IMG/VR virus record: IMGVR_UViG_3300029288_000095
Location: 1 to 64,000 of that record
DNA: 64,000 nucleotides
Source: a virus
Taxonomy: Duplodnaviria; Caudoviricetes
Direction: 5' to 3' (one strand)
Part shown: positions 35,738 through 47,475 of the stretch, piece after piece
Layout: every line of letters begins with the position of its first letter
Numbering within the stretch: the first letter of the stretch is position 1
Translations under genes and position numbers: made by a program
The notes under the pieces: model-generated
What the model saw: only the letters and a program-made list of their open reading frames with translations
The model's database searches: none
Told to the model about the DNA's origin: nothing

Positions 35738-37744
35738 ATAAAAGACCGCATAACAGCGGTGGAGGAGTGGTAACAATGTACGTTCAATGTGGCAAAGACT
35801 ATAAGCTTGTAACTGAAGCGCGGATAGAACCAACACAGAATTGGGATAACTGCAAATATATAATCCGATTTTATTATTTTTCATGGAATGATGGTCAGCT
35901 CGTTCGGCATTCGTATATGTCTGAACTGTTTGATTCTGAATTAAAAGCAGAAGCGGCTTTATCCACTGCGATAAAGAATAATTCTATTTATTACATTCGC
36001 GGAAATTCCTGACGACAAGGAGTAAGAAAATGAAAATCATAACAATCTTTGGACAAAGAAAAGAATCATATCCAGGTGAATACGCACCTGAACTGATCGA
36101 CGCTGTTGATGAATGTGCGGATATCGACAACGGAAAATACATGCAAGATGAAATGGAAAAAGCGCATAAGCTTGTCGCCGATGGGGAATTTTCATTTGTT
36201 CGCAGAATGGAATTTGATATCGACGATAAAGAATTTGATAAAGCATTCTACGGCGAAACGATAAAAGCAAAGGTTATCAAGGAGTAACACAATGAAAGCA
36301 ATGATCGACTATGTAAAAGACGGTCGGGTATTTATCCGCGTACATGCCTTGAACAAGCGGGAAAAATGTCTGCTTACGCTTTTTAGCGAGCAGTGTAACA
36401 ATAGGAAATATCTTCCAGAAGAAATCAGCGGTAACGCCGGATACGTGAACGTAAGATTCAACGGCGAATGCGGAACAGCTTCGGGACTTGATAGGCTAGA
36501 CGCAATGTGTATTGAAGCGCCGTTTGTTCCGCCGGCACCAGCCAAGAAAAGTTTCTTTGAACGTATTTTTGGCAAATAAAAGGAGTAACAAAATGTTTAT
36601 ACCGCTTTCACAAGAATCTAATTCGGAATGGATTGAAACAGACGATATATCTTATATTGGTAAGATTCTTGATACAAACAGCCCACACTGCCATTTCAAG
36701 ATCATCTACAAATCGAAATATTCCGACGATCTTTATTTCAATTCAAAGTTTGCTGCTGAATATGCTCGTGCTGAAATCATAAAAATAAAAACGGGGAGTA
36801 ACAAATGAAATACCAAATCACAGAAGAAGACGCGAAGAAGATGTGCGTGGCGTTATATTCCATGATAGATGCCGTTTACGGTCAAGCAGAACATGATATC
36901 GGAAATGGCGATGGGCTTACGGTCGAAGAATGTAAACTTATAAAAGAAATACTCGCCAAGCATCCGCAAGGAAATATCTGGCAGAATGTCGGGCATCAGC
37001 CGAATATGATTGAAATCGTTAAGGAAAAAAAAGAATATCCATACATGCACCTTGAACCAGGTTCCAATGAAGACAACATTGTCAATTTCTGCAACAAATG
37101 CGAAAACAAAATAAAAAACCAGATTCATAGATGCTTCAGGTGCAAGAAGTTTTATAAGCACGGCGATCAGCATCCAGACCTTGAAATGAATTTCATCCCC
37201 AAGGAACAAGGGATATCCGATCTACGGGATTAAAAAAAATGAAAGACTTAATACCAATAAGAGACGCAGTTCGGGTTTCATTCGCATTCGCAGTAAGGCA
37301 TTACCCGTGCTTTTCTTTGGAATATTCTGATAAGCTACATGATCAGATATTAAACAAAAAGTATATCGGCAGGTATGATATCCATACACCCATCGGCGAT
37401 ATCTTTGCCGTTGTATGCCAAGCGCACGGTATTTTTGACGATCAGTATTACGATCTCGCAAAAGAATATTTCTTTAACGCATAAAGGAGTTAAATCATGA
37501 ACATCGAAAAAATTAAACACGGTTCTTTTTACAAGATGAAAGATGGCGGCGTTGTTTTTATTCGTCCAACGTCAACATCTTGGAAAGATTTCGCCATGGG
37601 TGTTTATATAATAAACGCCGAAAAAACACAAAGCGTCTATGGAAATCCGTTCATACCCACAGAAACGCGCATGGCTGGCGAAGAATACGGGATATCAATC
37701 AATCACATAGAATGCGAAGTAGAAATAGAAACTAAGGAAAAGTA

Positions 37745-38176
37745 ATGCAAACATTTTTACCACATATGAATCTTGTTAAAGCTATCAGTATGCTTGACAA
37801 CAAACGTCTTGGTAAGCAGCGCGTTGAAGCAATCCAGATCGCTTCATGCCTCTTGGAAAAGGAAACAAGATGGAAGAACCATCCGGCGGTTCTTATGTGG
37901 AAAGGATATGAAGAATATTTAGTTGTATGGTATCTCTATACAGCCATAAGAACGTATGAAATGAGGGGATTCAAAAATGAAAAATGCTATGAACATTTTT
38001 ACAGATTAAGTGAAAAAGTAAAGCCGCAAAAATTATTAGGTAATATTATTTTTGGCATGGTGTGTTTTTTAGCATATGCATGGTTATTTGGATGGGTTGG
38101 TTATCGATTAGGATATGATAAAGCGTTAGAAAAACCCAAGCGCAAGCCGCGCAAGCGTAAACCGGTGAAGGGGTGA
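37745..38176 (+). CDS. Pyrimidine-dimer glycosylase-like (MSMEG_6728 family) N-terminus fused to an unrelated TM tail; probably truncated/chimeric
   Basis: MQTFLP...LD.KRLGKQRVEA.QI...W.NHPAV.MW.G, then an abrupt hydrophobic segment. Confidence 0.7.
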   Translation: MQTFLPHMNLVKAISMLDNKRLGKQRVEAIQIASCLLEKETRWKNHPAVLMWKGYEEYLVVWYLYTAIRTYEMRGFKNEKCYEHFYRLSEKVKPQKLLGNIIFGMVCFLAYAWLFGWVGYRLGYDKALEKPKRKPRKRKPVKG

Positions 38177-38840
38177 CACATGTCCATTCTTAATGAAAAA
38201 GATATTAAAAGCATGAGTTTGGAAAGAAAAAAAGAATACTGCGATTGGTGTTCATACCATTTTGGCGGACATTGTAATAAATGTTCACTATATGATTTTA
38301 AGAAATCAAGAATAACTGATTATGAAAAATTCAAAGCACTTGAAGATGCTATTGAAATGTTGGAATCTAAAGAACACAATTTTGATGTTTGCGGAAATTA
38401 CAAAAAAGCACGACATTATTTAGCTGAAGAACTTAGAAAAAAACTTGTAAAAAGTATATATTACACCGCCGCCCAGTCAGCGGTGAAGGTGGAAGAATGA
38501 ATACGAAATACATATGCAATCAATGTGAATCACCATGCTATTCAGATTGTCCAAATGACGAAACGCCGGAGTGTTGTGAAGATACTGCGATATGGGAAAG
38601 ACAATCAGTGTCAGAAAAACCAAAGCGCAATCCGCTTAAACGTAAGTCAGCGATGAAGGGGGATGCAGAATGAAAATGAAATACCACATTGACGATGCAT
38701 TTGGAGTAAGATGGGCGTCTTTCTTAAATAAGGATGAGCGCGATAGTTGCTTAGAACATCTTGTAGAAAACAATGAAGACTGTACTTACGTTCCAATCGA
38801 CGAAAAACCAAAGCGCAAGACGCGCAAGGAGAAGAAATAA
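38131..38840 (+). repeat. Repeated coding junctions at 3' ends of small genes (AAAACCAAAGCGCAAGCCGC / GTCAGCGGTGAAGG family)
   Basis: Copies at 38131, 38464, 38616 and 38804. Confidence 0.8.
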
Positions 38841-39446
38841 CATGGAATGTCCTGAATGCAAACACGAACTTATACACCACGATATATTCGGTAGATTGTT
38901 TCAACATCAAGACGGTAAAGTTTTAGGTGATATATACATATGCGAAAATGAACAATGTACACGATTTGAAGATTTTTTTTATACATATCGAAATAACGAA
39001 AGTGAACTTCATGAAGGATATCCATGTTAAACACGGAATTAGTATAAGGATAAAAAATAATGCAAGAAGTAAAATCAATAAAAGATATTGGTCTTGGCGG
39101 AGAATTATGCGAATATTGTCCTCTTGACAAAAAAGGTGTATATTCTACTCCTAGTGGAATTTCAGCAGGATGTGAAGGATCGCACTGCGATAGGGCTTAT
39201 GATATTTATCTTGAACATTTGATAGAACTAGAAGAAAGTGGATCTGAAAATGGCGAATAACGAAACGGCAATATTAATTTCAATAATTTCGATTGTGATC
39301 ACGGTCGCGAATGTTATATTTACTATAATTAGAAAAATTATCGGGTAATAAAATTATTATTCCCTAAATCGATTATTTAGTTGATAATTATGTAATATGT
39401 GTATCACTGTTTTTTAAGTGGTGCAATATCAACTAAGGAAAAAACT

Positions 39447-40571
39447 ATGATCGGCATAGGGGATTATATACCCACATCAGAAGAAATAAATGCTATTAAA
39501 ACAGTAATTGAAAGCGGTAGAATAAGCGAAGGGAAGTATACACGCGAGTTTGAAAAAAGATGGTCTGAATATATCGGTAAAAAATATACTGTTGCATGCA
39601 ACTCTGGTACCTCGGCGCTCATGCTCGCGCTAACAGCTATGCGTATGAAATACAGAAAAGGTTATGTATTAACTACGGCATTGTCATATGTAGCAACATC
39701 TAATGCAATAATAACTAGCGGTCTTTCAGCTTTGTTTGTTGATATCGATAGCACAACATTTGGAATAACGGCAGAGAATGTAATGGCGGCGCTCAATCGG
39801 TATCATTATAAAGATATAGTCGGTATTTTACCTGTACACCTATTTGGTATAAAATGCGATATAGATAAAATAAAAGAGATCGCAGATAAAAAAGGTTTGT
39901 GGCTAATTGAAGATTGTTCTCAGGCGCATGGTACTGTAGGAACAGCGAAGCATGGTATATGTTCTACATACTCGTTTTATTGTGCACATAATATACAAGC
40001 TGGAGAACTTGGCGCTATTGTTTCTGACAACGAGAGCCTAGTGTCTATTATGCGAAAACTTAAAAGCAACGGGAGATCATGCGCGTGTAATGTTTGTACA
40101 CGTAAAAATGGAACGTGCCCTGATAACAAATCAAGATTCAATCACGAACTTATTGGTTATAATTTTAGGACTAATGAATTTGCCACAGCTATAGCAAATG
40201 AACAATTGAAAAAAGCAAATTATATATTTTCGGAACGTGAAAAAAATGTAAAATATTTTATTTCAATGCTTTCAGATATTAAAAAAATTCAGTTGCCATC
40301 GCATGTTGACGGAACAAGTTATATGGCTTTCCCGATTATCTGCAAGGGTATTGATCGTGACGAAGTTTGTAGAAAAATAGAAAGCATGGGTGTTGAAACT
40401 CGTCCGATATTCGGGTCTATACCTTTGCAACCGGCGTATAATATTTATAACGCCGAAACACCAACAGCCGATAGCATTGCAAAAAATGGTTTTTATGTTG
40501 GATGTCATCAATATCTTACTGATGATGATAAAGTAAAAATAATTAATTCTATAAGGAGCGCTTGTGAATAA
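39447..40571 (+). CDS. DegT-fold PMP-dependent sugar 3-dehydratase (RfbH/ColD-like)
   Basis: NSGTSA, PVHLFG, EDCSQAHG; SFYCAHNI has His at the catalytic Lys position; GRSCAC..C......C Cys cluster; SD-supported ATG at 39447. Confidence 0.75.
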   Translation: MIGIGDYIPTSEEINAIKTVIESGRISEGKYTREFEKRWSEYIGKKYTVACNSGTSALMLALTAMRMKYRKGYVLTTALSYVATSNAIITSGLSALFVDIDSTTFGITAENVMAALNRYHYKDIVGILPVHLFGIKCDIDKIKEIADKKGLWLIEDCSQAHGTVGTAKHGICSTYSFYCAHNIQAGELGAIVSDNESLVSIMRKLKSNGRSCACNVCTRKNGTCPDNKSRFNHELIGYNFRTNEFATAIANEQLKKANYIFSEREKNVKYFISMLSDIKKIQLPSHVDGTSYMAFPIICKGIDRDEVCRKIESMGVETRPIFGSIPLQPAYNIYNAETPTADSIAKNGFYVGCHQYLTDDDKVKIINSIRSACE

Positions 40572-41493
40572 ATATTCGAGGATATTTGTAGCTGGCCATA
40601 ATGGAATGTTAGGAAGTGCAATTGTAAAATCACTAACAGTTTCTAACTATAATAATTTAGTTTTGAAATCAAGAAGTGAAGTTGATCTATTTAATGGCGA
40701 ACAAGTTAACGATTTATTTAGAAAAAATGATATTGAATATGTTTTTATTTCCGCAGCCAAAGTGGGCGGAATAAAGGCCAACATGGCAGATAAATATAAA
40801 TTTCTTGTTGATAATATAAAAATACAAAATAATATTATAGAATCTGCATATAAATATCGAGTAAAAAAAATATGTTTCGTGGGTAGTTCATGCATGTATC
40901 CGGCAAAATGCGAACAGCCAATGAAAGAAGAATATTTGCTATCTGGAAAGTTAGAAATAACGAATGAAGGTTACGCTCTTGCGAAAATAATAGGCATGAA
41001 GCAAATAGAATATCTAAAAAAAGAATATGGTCTTAATGGAATCACTGTCATACCGTGTAACCTATATGGTTCAAATGATTGTTTTGATGAAAACCGTTCG
41101 CACGTGCTCCAAGCACTCGTGAAAAAAATTGTAGATGCTTATTATAACAAGGATGAACATATAATTGCATGGGGCGATGGGTCACCCAAGCGCGAAATGA
41201 TGCATGTTGATGATTGTGCCAACGCAATCGTGAATGCCATGGTAAAATATGAAAGTGATATTCCATTAAATATTGGTACAGGTGTTGAATATTCAATAAA
41301 TGAATTCATTGAAATAATATGCAAGTGTGTTGGATACACTGGTAAAATAATATATGATAAGTCCATGCCTAATGGTATGATGAGAAAATGCATGGACGTG
41401 TCGCGGATGAAGTCACTCGGATATGAACCGAAAATAGATATAAATGAAGGCATAGATAAATTAATAAAAGAATACATTTCTATCCGTAAATAA
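40564..41493 (+). CDS. fcl: GDP-L-fucose synthase/ColC-like NADPH epimerase-reductase
   Basis: GHNGMLGSAI, AAKVGGI.AN, SSCMYP, TNEGYALAK, SHV..AL, WGDG.P.RE..HVDD. Confidence 0.88.
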   Translation: MNKYSRIFVAGHNGMLGSAIVKSLTVSNYNNLVLKSRSEVDLFNGEQVNDLFRKNDIEYVFISAAKVGGIKANMADKYKFLVDNIKIQNNIIESAYKYRVKKICFVGSSCMYPAKCEQPMKEEYLLSGKLEITNEGYALAKIIGMKQIEYLKKEYGLNGITVIPCNLYGSNDCFDENRSHVLQALVKKIVDAYYNKDEHIIAWGDGSPKREMMHVDDCANAIVNAMVKYESDIPLNIGTGVEYSINEFIEIICKCVGYTGKIIYDKSMPNGMMRKCMDVSRMKSLGYEPKIDINEGIDKLIKEYISIRK

Positions 41494-41516
41494 TATTTTT
41501 TAACTCCTGCCGGCTA

Positions 41517-41544
41517 TTGACATTTTATTTTTTAAGTGTATAAT
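41517..41544 (+). promoter_or_regulatory. sigma70-like promoter
   Basis: TTGACA-N16-TATAAT. Confidence 0.75.
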
Positions 41545-41564
41545 GCGGTAAGGAGTTAACAAAT

Positions 41565-41933
41565 ATGAATATTAATGATATCGTAAATGCTGTGTTTGAA
41601 CTTGGCGGAGCTATTGTCGTCTGGATCAACGCGATGAAGCTTTACAAGGACAAGAAGGTGGTCGGCGTATTCTGGCCGGTGTGGATCTTTTACAGCGTCT
41701 GGGGGATTTGGAATCTTTGGTATTATCCTTCACTGGGTCAATGGTTCAGTGTGGCGGCTGGTTCTCTGCTTGTTGTTGGTAATAGCGTTTGGTGCATTAT
41801 GGCTGGATACTATGTTATGTTCAAGAAGAACGCCGGCATTGTAAAAGACTGTGGCAAGTGTTGTCGGGACGATGAAATATGTCACGTTTGTTCAGAAGAT
41901 AAGAATATGTTCAAGCCGTATTCTGGAAAATAA
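41565..41933 (+). CDS. Three-TM membrane protein, PQ-loop/SemiSWEET-like
   Basis: Three hydrophobic helices; KLYKDK.V.GV.W...WG.WN..YYP pattern. Confidence 0.5.
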   Translation: MNINDIVNAVFELGGAIVVWINAMKLYKDKKVVGVFWPVWIFYSVWGIWNLWYYPSLGQWFSVAAGSLLVVGNSVWCIMAGYYVMFKKNAGIVKDCGKCCRDDEICHVCSEDKNMFKPYSGK

Positions 41934-43672
41934 AATGATTATTTCAAAAACTATTGATGGTAATCGCAAACTATATTTTACAATTGATGAAAAGAATAAA
42001 GATCAAATACTTAATATAGCCGCGATGATTATGTCAGGATATGGCAAGCATGAAGGTAGACCTACGGATTTTGGTTTTGAACATCAGTTCGCCGATCATT
42101 GTCTGAATCTCGCAACGCAATTGGTGTCATCTCATGAGTTAAAACTTTTTTATTCATTTGGTCGTGAAGAAGAGGTGTATTAATAATGAAAAATTCAGAA
42201 CTTATGAAGATTGCATTAAAAAATGTAATAAACGATTCCGTATATCAAATGAATATTTTATTAGTTAATTTACCAACAGACGAACAAGAAAAATGTTCTG
42301 CATATGCGCGAGATTGTCTAAATATTGGCGTAGACCTATTCAAGAAAAAGATCATCAACGAAGAAAATAAAGAATCAATACGCAATCTGAAAAAAGGTGG
42401 TATACGCGGATGATTACAATTATAATAGGGCAAGTTATTTTGTTCGTGGGAGTTATAGTTCTTATTCTTGCGGCGATCAGCGGGTTCGTTTCAAATGTAA
42501 ATACAAGTGAATACGAATATGGTATTAAAGAACCGAAGATAACCATTGATGAAGAACTTGGACCGATTCATATTCGGGTTAAGGTTTACGCATTTGATCG
42601 TGCAGATAATGGAAATCATTTTGAACCGCCTTCTGAATTTGTGGTAACTGATTACGAAGTGTTTTTTATAGATCACAAGACGGGCGAAGAAGTTCTTGTC
42701 CCGCCGATTGTAGACGAAATGCTTTCAAATGATAACGACTGGTTTGAAAACATCTGCGACGAATGCCAGTATCGATTTGAAGAAGTTGACAGACTGCTTG
42801 AAAAAGAAATAGATCGCCAGCTTGAAAAGGACGAACTGGAATTCAAGTCGGCGTTGCGCGATGAGCAGGAAGATAAATATGAATATATGCAAAAATGGTA
42901 TCCACGTCAGATATGCGCCGAATGCGCACAAGCCGCTGGCGGTAAGATGGCGGAAGGACATATATGTTCATGGTATTCTGTTAGATGCGATGTATGCGGA
43001 GAAAAAAAGCCGTGTACTGAACCGAGTGATTTTGGATATCCTAGTGTAGTTCTTCTAATAAAACGTAAAGAAGAAATTGAAGAATCGCGGCAGATAGACG
43101 AGCAAGATAAATCTAGTAAGGAATAAAATAAATGCCAATAAACAAATGGAAAATATTAGCGCATATGTTTAGGGATAGATGGATTGAATCTGATCAGAAA
43201 CATATGAATCTTTTGTTAACTGGGATTGACGATGGATTGCGGCATAAAAACGAAAAAGAAAAGATTATTGAAATAGCAAAAAAAGCAGTATGCGAAATGT
43301 GTGTTGTGAGGCAAAGGCAGCATACATGCATTGATACCGTTAATGGATGTGATGCATTTAAATCAATTATTGAATGGAGAAAATTATGAGCGGCGGAAGT
43401 TTAGATTATGTCTATCAGAAAGTCAACGATGCGGTGGATGAAATAGAATGTCGCGCAAAAACTAATCTTCATAAAGCATTCGCAAAGCATCTTAGAAAAG
43501 TATCTGATGCGCTACATGATATCGAATGGGTATTCAACGGTGATTGTGGAACGCCTTCAGAAGAAAAGGCTATCCGCGCTTGTATAACTCCAACCGATGA
43601 ACTTAAATGCGCAACAGAAGAAGCAAGGCGGGTTCTGGCTGAACTACAAGCAGTTCTGAAGCGGATAGAATA

Positions 43673-44245
43673 ATGAGAAGTATAAAAATTGAAAAGCGCA
43701 AGTTTCATTTTAATAAGAACTTTGCACACTTGGATGGTATTCTGGAAAAGAATAAAGTGGTTTTGGCTGGCGGCGCTTTACGAAAAATCATTGACCATAA
43801 AGATGTGACTTGCGATTATGATATTTTCTTTTTGGATCAATCGCGTGTAGATACTACACTGACGGCACTTAACGATCACGGCTACACAAAGGTATTTGAA
43901 TGCCCACGAGGTAAGCTACATACTTACATCCAAGGTTCAAATAAGATACAGATTTGTTCAGAATTTTTTTATCAAGATTATGAAACGCTTCTAAAGTCGT
44001 TTGATTTTTACGCGTGTATGTTTCTTTATGACGGGGATAAGATGTATTTCTACCCGCAGTCAGTGCGCGATGTTACTAGGAAGATTGTCACCATTAACCG
44101 CGTGACATATCCCGTGGCTACAATGAACAGACTGATGAAGTACAACAAGAAGGGCTACTACGTCGGCGATGCAATTAAGACCGTTCTGAAAGCCTATAAA
44201 ACGCAAGAATTCACAGAGGAAGAACACCGGTTCTATATAGATTAA
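43673..44245 (+). CDS. Nucleotidyltransferase (poly(A) polymerase/CCA head-like, minimal)
   Basis: AGGALR...DYDIFF...FDF...R..KY..KGY. Confidence 0.75.
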   Translation: MRSIKIEKRKFHFNKNFAHLDGILEKNKVVLAGGALRKIIDHKDVTCDYDIFFLDQSRVDTTLTALNDHGYTKVFECPRGKLHTYIQGSNKIQICSEFFYQDYETLLKSFDFYACMFLYDGDKMYFYPQSVRDVTRKIVTINRVTYPVATMNRLMKYNKKGYYVGDAIKTVLKAYKTQEFTEEEHRFYID

Positions 44246-44585
44246 CATGAACAAGACAATAGGACAATCTAAACCGTCGCTAAATCAGCATTACAGCCAC
44301 GTTACGCATGATCGCAGTATAAGTGACATGCTAGCCGTAATACAACGTAACTGGGTCTTTCTAAGCAAGCAGGCGGGGTATTATGGCATCCAAGACGCCA
44401 TCGGGCTATATGCGAGGTTCGGCGCGATTGATATCTGTGAGGAATATAAGAAAGCATTGGCGCATGAAGAAGATACCAAGAACCGTTTTAAAGCGTGGCA
44501 GAAGTGTCACAAAAAGACATCATAATATGTGACATAAAAATTTATGTAGATAGATACTTCGTACATAAAAATAGAACGCATAAAC

Positions 44586-44668
44586 TGTAACATCAATGTT
44601 ACAATTTTATAATGTACGATACATATCAATTCATGAGGCGCACAACAAAGTGTAACCTCGAAGTTACA
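44586..44668. promoter_or_regulatory. Two palindromic operator-like sites TGTAAC-N6-GTTACA
   Basis: 44586-44603 and 44651-44668 in an intergenic gap. Confidence 0.65.
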
Positions 44669-44705
44669 GTTTCAACGGTTGAAAAATAAATAAACAGTAG
44701 AAACT

Positions 44706-45269
44706 TTGCAAAGGATTCTGCCGTTGAAGATAAAATGTATTTACTGCGATAAGCCGCTATATATAAAAGCCGGTGACAACCCAGGAAAAAATGACCCACA
44801 AGTGGAGAATCGTGGCTTCTTCGACAATTTCTACAACGGCACAGTATGGGATTCATGCTACGTAGAAAAAAAAGATCGCAGCGAAATGATCGATCAGTAC
44901 CTTAACAAGTACAAAAAAAATTATCCAGGCAAGAAGCGCGTACCAGAATTACTTGAAGACGATGTGGGTATTTCCGATGTTGTGAAAACATCCGGCGTCA
45001 TAAAAAAAACATACGCATTTTATAAGTGTCCGCACTGCCAAAGAACTTTTTTCAAAAGTTTAAATACCGCTAATATGCAGAAGCTAAACCACGAGGACCC
45101 AAGCTCAACTGATTATCAGCACTTGGATAATGAGCGAGAGTTTGGCACTTCCTCGGTAGACCGAACAGGAGCTTCGCCATATAGTAAGCCGAATGATTTC
45201 AATAGAGGCAATGCCGCTGTTGATTCAGATAAGAAACCGTTGAAGAAAAAGTACAAGTTTAAGAGGTAA
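44706..45269 (+). CDS. Zinc-ribbon hypothetical protein
   Basis: CIYC...CPHC. Confidence 0.5.
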   Translation: MQRILPLKIKCIYCDKPLYIKAGDNPGKNDPQVENRGFFDNFYNGTVWDSCYVEKKDRSEMIDQYLNKYKKNYPGKKRVPELLEDDVGISDVVKTSGVIKKTYAFYKCPHCQRTFFKSLNTANMQKLNHEDPSSTDYQHLDNEREFGTSSVDRTGASPYSKPNDFNRGNAAVDSDKKPLKKKYKFKR

Positions 45270-45274
45270 TTACC

Positions 45275-47470
45275 ATGGGTATCAAAAGCAATTTTCTCGG
45301 AACGCATACGATGGGCAAGGCGATGTCGGATGCGCTGCGCCGAATGGCTTGCAAGAAAGAACCGCAGAAGGTAGAAGCGCCACTTGTCGGCGATAAGATC
45401 GCTTATGCCGAAGCCGAAAAGCTTGGCTTTGTAAAATCGGCTCGCGCTCTTGGGCGCAATGCTTTTGAAGCGACTTGTGATCTTGGAAAAGTGATAGATT
45501 CTGGCTCGGTGTGGACCTTGACTACAAATGCCGATGGACAGAAGTTCTTCGTCAAGCAGATTGATGAAGCGGGTAACATTGTCCGCAAACTTAAAGCATC
45601 TAAAACTAAATCGGTTAAAGTCACTTTCGCCGAAAAAACTTTTCATGCGCCAGTGCTTAAAGTTGTTGAAGCCGATTATAAACGTATGTTCGGCGTCACT
45701 CCCGAAGAAGTAGAAAAGAATGGGAAAGAAATCGGCGAAGATACCGAAGACGAAGGTTATATAACCAAGTTCTATGACTTCAATGGTAAATCGTATTTCA
45801 TATCAAAAGCTATTGGAGATAATCTTGTAGCCAGTTTTGGTGAAATTGAAAGCGAAGCTAAACGTGACAAAAATGAATCTGCCGAAGCTCAGCTTGGTGT
45901 AAAAGCCGAATCGCTCATGGAAAAGATTCAGCACGAACTTATATCTGTACTGCAAAATAACGATAAGCGCGATGGTATGCCGTTTGAAGTTAGCGATACG
46001 CTCGGCGGCGAAACATCTGTATATGATTTCAATCTGAAAGAAGATCTTGATGAATTCAAGAAAGATATCGGAGAACTTGGATACGAAGTTGTTTCGGTGA
46101 ATGCCGGTGTTGCTACGGTGCAGAAGAAACGGGTTGAAGAAGCATCATCAAATGAAAAGAAAGTAGAAGCTTCCAAAGAAGTTAAGGCTGAAGTGCTTCC
46201 TTATTCCGCTGATGAAATCGCGGCGCTTGTTAAAGACGTTAACGGTTTTTATGGTGTGATGCTTGATGAAGTTCAGACGAAAGAACTTGCGGATATCCTT
46301 TTCAATAAAGAAAAAGAAACCGTAGACAGCGGAAAGCTTTTTACTGACTTTGACTGGAAAGCAACGGTAGAATCTTTCCTTTCATCGAAAGAAGAAAAGA
46401 AAGAAGTAGAAGCTGCTAAATCAGTAGTCGCCGAAGAAAAGCCCGAAGAACAAGTATTCAATACGCCCGAAGAGGCTACATCCTATATAAACGATAAGCG
46501 GAAGTCCACGGCTATGCCGCCAGATAAGGTCTACGAAACGAAGAAGGACGAGAATGGCAAGTTCCGTCTTGTTCCTAAGACGGCATCGGTAGAAAAGAAA
46601 GCTGAAGAACCCATAGACGAAGTTGCGGCGAATGAACTTTATATCTTCGCCGTAAATGATAGTGATCTTTACCGACAGATGCTTCAGCCGATTCAGAAGA
46701 ATCTCATAAACAAAAAAGCGCAAGGTGTATATAACCCAACGCTCGCGCTTAAAGCGTTTATGAATTTTATGCAGATCGCTGCGCAGAAGTACACGAAGGA
46801 ATATGCTTCTGATCGTGACAAATGGTACGATCTGTTCCCAGTAGAAGTGCGCAAAGCGGCGGCAAATGAAGCGCTGAAGTATTTTGAAACCGAAGCCGAA
46901 CTTGGTAACTATGATAACTATCTGCATAAGAAGTATCAGAAGAAACCCGCCGCGCCTACCCCAGAAGTCACCCCTCCAGTCGAAGCGGATATGAACAAAG
47001 AAGGTTCACATAAAGTCAAAGCCGAAGATGAAGAAACCGGCGAACTTAATATGCGCCTCGAATCTGCGATTAATCGCCTTATAGAAAAAGGCGAAGATAT
47101 TGATTATATTCTTCAATACGTAAATTCTATGAATCGTATGGAAGGCGAATTCGCGCAAGGTGAAAAGTTCAATATTACCAAGGACGAACTGATATCCATA
47201 ATAACCGAACAGATGGGTTATGAGATTGAAGGTGATATGGTAAAGAAAGCGTCCGCCGTAGAAACTGACGAACCAGGAAGCTTAGAATCTATAAAACTTT
47301 CTTTTTATTCTACTGATGAAAGCACGGGTGGAAAATATTATCTTGATGAAAATGATAATGTGTATAAAACCGTTGAAGGTGTTATGTATGAATGTACGGA
47401 TGAAGGAGAACCGCTCGCTGAATTAAAAGCTCCGTATGAAATTATTGAAACGGAAACAGTTGAGGAGTAA
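45275..47470 (+). CDS. Large acidic multi-domain protein, probable virion-internal/polyvalent protein
   Basis: 731 aa; globular segments separated by KLKAS, VEAS, KTAS, KKAE, KVKAE, KKAS linkers. Confidence 0.55.
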   Translation: MGIKSNFLGTHTMGKAMSDALRRMACKKEPQKVEAPLVGDKIAYAEAEKLGFVKSARALGRNAFEATCDLGKVIDSGSVWTLTTNADGQKFFVKQIDEAGNIVRKLKASKTKSVKVTFAEKTFHAPVLKVVEADYKRMFGVTPEEVEKNGKEIGEDTEDEGYITKFYDFNGKSYFISKAIGDNLVASFGEIESEAKRDKNESAEAQLGVKAESLMEKIQHELISVLQNNDKRDGMPFEVSDTLGGETSVYDFNLKEDLDEFKKDIGELGYEVVSVNAGVATVQKKRVEEASSNEKKVEASKEVKAEVLPYSADEIAALVKDVNGFYGVMLDEVQTKELADILFNKEKETVDSGKLFTDFDWKATVESFLSSKEEKKEVEAAKSVVAEEKPEEQVFNTPEEATSYINDKRKSTAMPPDKVYETKKDENGKFRLVPKTASVEKKAEEPIDEVAANELYIFAVNDSDLYRQMLQPIQKNLINKKAQGVYNPTLALKAFMNFMQIAAQKYTKEYASDRDKWYDLFPVEVRKAAANEALKYFETEAELGNYDNYLHKKYQKKPAAPTPEVTPPVEADMNKEGSHKVKAEDEETGELNMRLESAINRLIEKGEDIDYILQYVNSMNRMEGEFAQGEKFNITKDELISIITEQMGYEIEGDMVKKASAVETDEPGSLESIKLSFYSTDESTGGKYYLDENDNVYKTVEGVMYECTDEGEPLAELKAPYEIIETETVEE

Positions 47471-47475
47471 TCAAT

